DNA from: Minisyncoccota bacterium
GTDB lineage: Bacteria; Patescibacteriota; Minisyncoccia; UBA6257; 1-14-0-10-44-23
NCBI GenBank assembly: GCA_041389085.1
Contig: JAWKSL010000001.1
Location: forward strand, 34,921-98,920
Direction of reading: 5' to 3'
DNA length: 64,000 nucleotides
Each line of letters opens with the position of its first letter. Within the stretch, counting starts at the first letter, position 1. The notes under the pieces were generated by a model. That model was not told where the DNA came from. It ran no database searches and saw only the letters and a list, made by a program, of their open reading frames with translations. Below are positions 58,343 through 64,000 of this stretch, one piece after another. The translations under genes were made by a program, and so were the position numbers.

Positions 58343-59587
58343 ATGAACTCTTGGCCCACCCTTATTTATCTTCCATCAGACAATCCCTTTGTTACCATGA
58401 AGGTCTATTTTCGTACTGGTCCACGCTATGAAAGCCTAAGACATCGTGGATTGTCTCATATTATTGAACATATTGTTTCTGATCTATTCGAGAAAAAGCT
58501 TTCAAGAGCTACTCGCCTACCAGCCTGGATTCGCCCCTTCTCTCTAGACACCTTTTCTGCCAGCACTCATTTTGAGTTTTGCTCTTATGAAATTTCGATT
58601 GATCAAAAAAACTTTTGGAAGTCAGCCAGCTCTCTTATATCTTCCTTCGCCCCACGGAAGATCACCAACTCATTTCTCTCCAAGCAAAAGAAAATTGTTG
58701 CTTCTGAGGCGCATGAGAGTATGCAGGCGAATGGTTTTGCGCTTGCTGCACAGAAAGCACATTTCCAAGGAAGTTCTTTGGAAAGGAGATTTATCTCTAA
58801 CCAAGATTATTTAAAAGATATTACCGCTAATAATGTATTTGATTACTGGCATCAAACATATCAAGCACGGCACTGCACTGTTATGATATCTGGGAACCTC
58901 ACACGCAATACTCTTCTCAGACTCAAGAAACTACTCGTCAAATCCCTACCCTCTCAACTCGAGATGAGCTTGCCTGATGACTTCTCTATAGACCTTAAGA
59001 GAAATATCCTTCATCTTTCGCAAGATTCTCTTCCTGGCACCTCTATCGAGGCTTCTTTTCTGCGCCCTGCAACAAAACCCTACGACATTCTATTGGCACA
59101 ATTTTCTATGTACCTCCTTGTTGAATATTTGGAGTACCAGCTCCGCGAAAAGCTGGGTATATTGTATTCCGTTAAAACAGATGTTATATCGGGAAGTGAC
59201 TTTGTTTACAATTCTTTCGCCCTTGATTCACCAAGCTCCCCGCTGGAAACCATACAAAAGCTTCATAAGTCCTTAAAATCTTTCCCGAGGATAATTACAA
59301 AAGACGTTTTTTCCAAAGCCCTTCAAAATCATAATCTTGCGCTAAGTAGGCAGGCGGGCGACCATAATTCTTTTTTACGTATGCTTGAGTCTTTTATCCC
59401 GCTATCTTCAAGCTCAATCCCCTCAGATAAATCTGAATATTTGAAGATTGCCCGCTCCCTGAAATTTGTTGACTTTCAAATCTTTGCTAAGTCTCTTTCG
59501 CAACACCTTAATCTTTCTGTTGCGGGAAAGATATCGAAAGCGTCTGCTGAGACCCTCTCGCGGCAACTTGGACTTGATATTATCTAA
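58343..59587 (+). CDS. Peptidase M16 (pitrilysin/insulinase) family protein
   Basis: Inverted zinc-binding motif HIIEH (HxxEH) near the N-terminus. Two-domain size (414 aa). Confidence 0.75.
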   Translation: MNSWPTLIYLPSDNPFVTMKVYFRTGPRYESLRHRGLSHIIEHIVSDLFEKKLSRATRLPAWIRPFSLDTFSASTHFEFCSYEISIDQKNFWKSASSLISSFAPRKITNSFLSKQKKIVASEAHESMQANGFALAAQKAHFQGSSLERRFISNQDYLKDITANNVFDYWHQTYQARHCTVMISGNLTRNTLLRLKKLLVKSLPSQLEMSLPDDFSIDLKRNILHLSQDSLPGTSIEASFLRPATKPYDILLAQFSMYLLVEYLEYQLREKLGILYSVKTDVISGSDFVYNSFALDSPSSPLETIQKLHKSLKSFPRIITKDVFSKALQNHNLALSRQAGDHNSFLRMLESFIPLSSSSIPSDKSEYLKIARSLKFVDFQIFAKSLSQHLNLSVAGKISKASAETLSRQLGLDII

Positions 59588-59676
59588 AGTAATTTTACTA
59601 TACTCTAAAAAGTGCGAAGCCCTGCCGAGTGATTGCTCACTGGCAGGGCTTGCTGTGATCGGAAAGTAGCGTGGGG

Positions 59677-60114
59677 CTACTCCTCGATCTCTTGGAAGGC
59701 CGGCTTGCGCAGACCGTCTACCTCCATTTGGAGGTGAGGCTGGCCCGGGACGAACCAGACGTCTTCGCTCCAGATGACTTCGCCGTCCTGGAACTCTGCG
59801 CCGATCTGAATCCAACCACCCTCGGGTGGTAGATTCTTCTCGACGATGTCTCGGTTCCAGACCTTACCGACATAGCCGACCTGAACGCCTACACCCCCGA
59901 CACCAACCCCTCCGGTCGTCAAGAAACTTCCGTCAGGGTCGCGCACCGGGAAAGCGTAGATCTCGCGACCCATGCTGTCCATGTTGAGCACAGATGCAAC
60001 CTGGGTCGCATGGACGTCGATGGGAACGGGGGTTCCGCTCCCGGCCGACCCACCACCGCAGGCGGTGAGGGTGAGTGCCAGCGCGAGGCTGGCGAGGATG
60101 AAGTAGATGCGCAT
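59677..60114 (-). CDS. High-GC lipoprotein (signal peptide with LTAC lipobox), hypothetical
   Basis: ATG at 60114 preceded by GGAAGGAGG. The ORF-track start at 60135 actually spans the SD. MRIYFILASLALALTLTACGGGS. Confidence 0.6.
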   Translation of the reverse strand: MRIYFILASLALALTLTACGGGSAGSGTPVPIDVHATQVASVLNMDSMGREIYAFPVRDPDGSFLTTGGVGVGGVGVQVGYVGKVWNRDIVEKNLPPEGGWIQIGAEFQDGEVIWSEDVWFVPGQPHLQMEVDGLRKPAFQEIEE

Positions 60115-60200
60115 TCGCGCCTCCTTCCCCAGCATGTGCTGGCTTCTAACTTGCCTTGAGCGCTACCCACCGTGGGCTGCGCTTTCGCAAGACTAATTTT

Positions 60201-60235
60201 TGTATAGCAAATAATTATTGTTTTGTCAATGTCAA
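60201..60235 (-). promoter_or_regulatory. Promoter with tandem TTGACA boxes, 17-nt spacer and TATACA for the GC-rich lipoprotein gene
   Basis: Read directly on the minus strand. Confidence 0.5.
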
Positions 60236-60334
60236 GTCATTGGCTGTGGATAATTATTATCCCCTTTTTCAGCGCTTTTGAATGCCTAAAACTGCTACAA
60301 TAGTAGGTAGATAATTAATCGTATATACGTTTTC

Positions 60335-60892
60335 ATGGACCCAATTCAAACTCAGCAAGGGCCAGTACAACCTGCTGCCCCTTTGCAAGCTGCTCCGAGC
60401 GCACCAATGCCTGTAGCAGAATCTGCTCCGCATAAGCGCGGAGGGCATATCGTTCTCTTTATAATTATTTTTATACTTGGCATTGTGCTCGGTGGCTTCC
60501 TTGGCTACCTCTGGCGAGGCATGAAAATAGACGAAAGCCTTATTTATGATCAGGCAGCTCTGGAGAGTGCTGCTGCGGAGGCTCACTCTCGTGTTCTCTC
60601 TGAGATTGAAGCAGAAAAATCCGCTGCTTTAAAAAGTGCAATTGGGGAGGTCCTCAGTGTTGAAGCGACCAGTATTCGTATACGGTTTTCTCGAGAAGGG
60701 ATTGGGGAAGATTTGCTACTACTTACCGATGAGAATACAAAATTTTCTTCTTTTGATAACTCAACAGATATCCCAACTCCGGTTGAAATAACTGCTGCAG
60801 ATATAGTGGTGGGAGATACAGTAACTGCCAACTTTAATGAAAGTGTCGAACAAAACCTAGAACTATACGCATATGAAATCATTAAGATATAA
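60335..60892 (+). CDS. Single-pass membrane protein with Pro/Ala/Gln-rich N-terminus, hypothetical
   Basis: One TM (IVLFIIIFILGIVLGGFLGYLW). No motif. Confidence 0.45.
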   Translation: MDPIQTQQGPVQPAAPLQAAPSAPMPVAESAPHKRGGHIVLFIIIFILGIVLGGFLGYLWRGMKIDESLIYDQAALESAAAEAHSRVLSEIEAEKSAALKSAIGEVLSVEATSIRIRFSREGIGEDLLLLTDENTKFSSFDNSTDIPTPVEITAADIVVGDTVTANFNESVEQNLELYAYEIIKI

Positions 60893-62168
60893 AAAGAAAA
60901 AGCAGCACCCACTCGCTGTAGCGCTCTGCCTACTCTTTCTTTCCTTTGCAGCCTTCGTTGTAGTTAAAAACGCTTCAGCAGTAGAGCTCAATGGTCAGGC
61001 AGACTTTCGCCTTTCCATTCAACTTAACGATAAAACCTGTGGTCAGCAAAATGGCACTCCGCGATCTGCTGGATTTTTAAGTCAAGGAGCCGGATATGCT
61101 CAATCGGATTGGGCGACTGACTCAAATGGTTTTGATCCTGACTGTGCTCGTCTAGGCCTTGAATCTCAAGGTGGAAACACTGTTCCGACTACCGACTTTC
61201 GGGTATGTATACAAGTAAGTGATGATATTGCTTATAGCTTTATGAGCCAAAGAGTAGTTAATGTGAACCAAGTCGGTATTGAGCGTTGCACCCCATATGT
61301 TAGTGAGGGTGGTGGTTGGAGTGAGTGGGCTTACGATGGAGGTACTGGGTCCGATCGAGCATTTGATCCTGATGCTGTCCGTCTTCGAATAGAAGCTAAT
61401 AGCACTCCTTTAGAGGGTATTGAAATTGATAATATGAGATTCGGCATTCAACTCTCTGATGATCAATGTACGGGCCAGTTTGGAGCGCCGGAGTTTACTC
61501 CTTGGCTTGTAGATGTTGGGATGAATAGCGCCTCTGAGCACTGGTCAAACTGGGCAAAGGATGGGGGGCCAAACTACAAAGACCCTGACTGTGTACGCAT
61601 AAAAATGGAAGTCATCACAAACCCAGTTGGTAATAATGAGGACGAAGAGCTTCCTGACACTCCTGCATGTTCTGATGGTATAGACAACGACAGTGATGGT
61701 TCAGCTGACTATCCAAGCGATCCTGGATGCGCCAGCGCTGACGACAATAGTGAAGCTGATAATGCTCAGAATGCTTGCGAAAACGGCGAAGACGATGATG
61801 GAGATGGCCTTGTAGACATGAACGACCCTGGCTGTGCTAGCCCAAGCGATGATGACGAGACCGACCCTATTGCCTGCAACTTTGCTGCAAACCCAACTTC
61901 GCTCGTAAAAGGAATTGGTACGAGTAAACTTACCTGGGACTGCCGACACAGCGACGGAACAGTTATGACCGGTACCGTATCTATTGTTGACGACAACGCT
62001 GCGCAAACATTTGCTGGCCTTGGAAACAACCTTGGTGCAGCAGGGTCTGTAAACGTTGCTCCTGAACAGACTACACGCTTTACTCTCAGCCCATCTCTCT
62101 CAGGACTTATTCCTGAAACAGCAACGGTGCGTATAGAAAACAGTAGCTTCGATGAAGATATTCCGTAG
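60873..62168 (+). CDS. Secreted protein with three copies of a ~85-aa novel repeat followed by Cys-bracketed acidic (TSP3-like) repeats
   Basis: Signal peptide. Repeats DFRLSIQLNDKTCG.. / DFRVCIQVSDD.. / NMRFGIQLSDDQCTG... CSDGIDNDSDGSADYPSDPGC and CENGEDDDGDGLVDMNDPGC. Confidence 0.55.
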   Translation: MKSLRYKKKKQHPLAVALCLLFLSFAAFVVVKNASAVELNGQADFRLSIQLNDKTCGQQNGTPRSAGFLSQGAGYAQSDWATDSNGFDPDCARLGLESQGGNTVPTTDFRVCIQVSDDIAYSFMSQRVVNVNQVGIERCTPYVSEGGGWSEWAYDGGTGSDRAFDPDAVRLRIEANSTPLEGIEIDNMRFGIQLSDDQCTGQFGAPEFTPWLVDVGMNSASEHWSNWAKDGGPNYKDPDCVRIKMEVITNPVGNNEDEELPDTPACSDGIDNDSDGSADYPSDPGCASADDNSEADNAQNACENGEDDDGDGLVDMNDPGCASPSDDDETDPIACNFAANPTSLVKGIGTSKLTWDCRHSDGTVMTGTVSIVDDNAAQTFAGLGNNLGAAGSVNVAPEQTTRFTLSPSLSGLIPETATVRIENSSFDEDIP

Positions 62169-62189
62169 GAACTTATAAAACGATCTAAC

Positions 62190-62221
62190 AAAAAACTCTA
62201 GAGTTAACTCTAGAGTTTTTT
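62190..62221. terminator. Bidirectional terminator aaaaaaCTCTAGAGTTAACTCTAGAGtttttt
   Basis: Perfect 10-bp stem flanked by an A-run and a T-run between convergent genes. Confidence 0.8.
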
Positions 62222-62222
62222 G

Positions 62223-63461
62223 TTACGCGCTTATCTTTGGATCTTTTTTCGAGAAAACTGTGATTGATCTGTTTTCTTTTTTGAATATCTCCTTCGCTAA
62301 ACTCATCACCTTCTCTGGTTTTATATTTTTTAGCTCTTTGAGGAATTTCTCACCTGTCGCTCCCCTTCCATGAATTGCAATATTTTTGTACCACCAAATT
62401 CTTTCTGTAATGTCTGTATCATCCGAAAGCGTAGATGTGGTTAATGAGTTTTTGTGGTTTTCGAGCTCACCTTTGTTGAGATCTTTCTTTATTTTTTCTA
62501 GCTCTTGATTTATGAGGCTTATAGCTTTCTCTGCATTCTTGTTTTCAGCACTAAACCTAAATAAAACTGTTGATACATCAGCATACATGTCGAAATAGTC
62601 ACTTACCCAATAGGTTAGATTCTCTTCTATGCGAAGCTTTTTGTTCAATCTGCCAATCCAACTTCCTGCTAGCGCGCTCATTAGGGTTGCTGTAAGGACC
62701 TGCTTTTCTACCTCCTTTATCTGAGGCATTCTAAAGCTCACTGCGATTATCGAATTGCTAATATCTTTTTTTACAAATGAATATGCCTTTGGCTCTTTAA
62801 ACTTTTCCTTCCTTGCTTTTAAGGCTTTCCCCTTTATTACTCCTGCTGTTAGCTTTTCTAGCTCCTTTTCTATTTTCTTTTGATTGAAGTTTCCTGTTAT
62901 TACAAACACCGTGTTTGAGAGGGTGTAGTACCTTTTATACCAATCCTGAATATCCTTCTTGCTTATCGCGCGGATACTTTTTTTACTCCCGAGAACACTT
63001 CTAAACGATGACATTGGAAATAAATTCTCCAATGCAACTTCTGCTATCTGATCCTCTGGAGAATTTTCTCTGCTCGCTTGCTCGTCGATTATCGCCCCTG
63101 CCTCCTCTCTTACGTCTTGCTCTGTAAATTCACTGCTAAACATTCCATCTACAAAGACCTCTAGTGATTCACTTGTAGCCTCTTTTCTTTGAAGGTGATA
63201 GTAGTAGCTGTATTCGCTTCCAGTGTATGCGTTAAATTGAATTCCCTTTTCTGCAAGAAAATTAAGCCTATCTTGATAGATTGGAAACATTTTTGTTTTT
63301 TTCATGAGCACGTGCTCAAAGAAATGAGCTAATCCCTCTTTCCCTTTTATATCTTCGCGTGCTCCTACATTTACCCACGCAGAAATAAGCGAAAGCTTTT
63401 CACTTGGCTCGTTTACAAAAATTACTCTTGCACCTGATTTTAATGTTTTTTCGTTTTTCAT
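62223..63461 (-). CDS. Peptidase M16 family protein (second copy). Start at ATG 63461; the ORF-track N-terminal extension through the GC-rich segment is rejected.
   Basis: HFFEH (HxxEH) motif. The N-terminus MKNEKTLKSGARVIFVNEP.. is M16-typical. Confidence 0.75.
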   Translation of the reverse strand: MKNEKTLKSGARVIFVNEPSEKLSLISAWVNVGAREDIKGKEGLAHFFEHVLMKKTKMFPIYQDRLNFLAEKGIQFNAYTGSEYSYYYHLQRKEATSESLEVFVDGMFSSEFTEQDVREEAGAIIDEQASRENSPEDQIAEVALENLFPMSSFRSVLGSKKSIRAISKKDIQDWYKRYYTLSNTVFVITGNFNQKKIEKELEKLTAGVIKGKALKARKEKFKEPKAYSFVKKDISNSIIAVSFRMPQIKEVEKQVLTATLMSALAGSWIGRLNKKLRIEENLTYWVSDYFDMYADVSTVLFRFSAENKNAEKAISLINQELEKIKKDLNKGELENHKNSLTTSTLSDDTDITERIWWYKNIAIHGRGATGEKFLKELKNIKPEKVMSLAKEIFKKENRSITVFSKKDPKISA

Positions 63462-63497
63462 AAAAAGATGAGCGCACCCTTCAAGGAAGGGGCGCTC
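63462..63497 (-). terminator. Rho-independent terminator/attenuator (gagcgcccc..ggggtgcgctc + aucuuuuu) ending at the M16 start codon
   Basis: Hairpin plus U-run on the minus strand between the small-peptide gene and the M16 ATG. Confidence 0.55.
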
Positions 63498-63511
63498 TGT
63501 TGTTGCCCGGG

Positions 63512-63628
63512 CTACTTCCCGCGCTTGCCGGAGCCGCCGCCCGAGCTTCCGCCCTTGCCGCCGCGCTGGCCGCCGGAACCACTCCGGCCCTTGCCGCTCC
63601 CACCGGAGCCCTTGCTCTTCTTGCTCAT
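63512..63628 (-). CDS. High-GC tiny Gly-rich basic peptide (38 aa) upstream of the second M16 peptidase
   Basis: ATG 63628 preceded by AGAGGAGG. MSKKSKGSGGSGKGRSGSGGQRGGKGGSSGGGSGKRGK. Below the ORF-track size cut-off. Confidence 0.45.
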   Translation of the reverse strand: MSKKSKGSGGSGKGRSGSGGQRGGKGGSSGGGSGKRGK

Positions 63629-63720
63629 CACGCCTCCTCTCTTGGGGGTTTACTACCTGCAGACTATCTACCGGTAGTGATGGCACCCCTATATTCAGTT
63701 TTATTTACTTATTTGTCAAG

Positions 63721-64000
63721 TTATTTTCTTATATTTTCTTCTGTGCCGTCTTGATTGAGGCGGATTACTTTTGACGCCTGTGCGCCATCGCACTGGCCTT
63801 CGTCTACGTATACTGCGATTTTGTCTGAAAAATATTTCTTCGCCTCTTCTATATTTTTTGCCGGGGGCTGGCCTTCTATGTTTGCACTTGGTGCTATGAG
63901 CGGGCCGGTCTTTTTTAGCAGCTTTTTTAAATCTTTCTTTGCTGGGAGGCGGAAGGCGAGGCTTTTGTTTCCTCTGTGTAGATATTCGAGCTCTCTTGGC
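63721..64000 (-). CDS. tsaC: L-threonylcarbamoyladenylate synthase (TsaC/YrdC/Sua5 family). Only the 3' part is in the window.
   Basis: Minus-strand frame without a start in the window translates to ..LIAPSANIEGQPPAKNIEEAKKYF..VDEGQCDGAQASKVIRL.., matching the SANxSG and C-terminal YrdC blocks. Confidence 0.6.
   Translation of the reverse strand, partial: PRELEYLHRGNKSLAFRLPAKKDLKKLLKKTGPLIAPSANIEGQPPAKNIEEAKKYFSDKIAVYVDEGQCDGAQASKVIRLNQDGTEENIRK

Noticed and set aside
62223-63686. 487-aa version of the second M16 peptidase including an Arg-rich N-terminal 75 aa
   Set aside because: The extension is translation through the GC-rich small-peptide gene and terminator on the same strand. The M16-typical N-terminus begins at ATG 63461.
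1-64000. CRISPR arrays, rRNA genes, transposase/integrase genes
   Set aside because: No regularly spaced direct repeats and no recognisable transposase, integrase or rRNA sequence were seen in the window.

Overview
This 64 kb window comes from a small-genome bacterium with host-type GC of about 45-48 %. Almost all housekeeping genes lie on the minus strand. The gene content includes rpsF-ssb-rpsR, rpoC and rpoB (both short versions), cell-wall genes (mltG, a frameshifted SEDS FtsW/RodA gene, mraY, a D-Ala-D-Ala carboxypeptidase), scpAB, dnaX, a tRNA-Gln, an RNase P RNA, pgk and secY. It also holds the S10/spc ribosomal protein block (L15, S5, L18, L6, S8, S14-Z, L5, L24, L14, S17, L29, L16, S3, L22, S19, L2, L23, L4, L3, S10), tuf, fusA, rpsG and rpsL. 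L30 is missing between S5 and L15, and secY is followed by pgk rather than adk-map-infA; both are typical of CPR/Patescibacteria-like lineages (inference). Three features stand out on top of this backbone. (1) Several short high-GC islands (about 60-65 % GC) each carry one or two unknown-function ORFs, with AT-rich consensus sigma70 promoters, strong Shine-Dalgarno sites and their own GC-rich terminators. One of these is a tandem pair of cassettes (13.3-15.0 kb) sharing a conserved ~90-nt structured leader and a conserved 3' stop/terminator module. (2) A cluster of Cys- and Thr/Gly-rich cell-surface proteins (22.5-29.6 kb) includes two cohesin-like membrane-anchored proteins and a dockerin-bearing protein. 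Two paralogous Ig/FN3-type adhesins and a DsbA/VKOR/glutaredoxin oxidative-folding module lie nearby. (3) Two M16 (HxxEH) peptidase genes are each immediately preceded by a GC-rich ORF encoding a tiny Gly/Lys/Arg-rich peptide with its own SD and terminator. The window also carries two repeat families: a perfect 40-50-bp palindrome in a ~130-bp mosaic element (3 copies) and a hairpin element with compensatory stem changes (3 copies). The S10 operon is unusually split by 457 bp between rpsJ and rplC; that insert contains a terminator, the repeats and a new promoter. Two truncated edge genes, absent from the ORF track, are also reported: a large acidic protein (1..1836, minus) and a TsaC/YrdC-like gene (63721..64000, minus).
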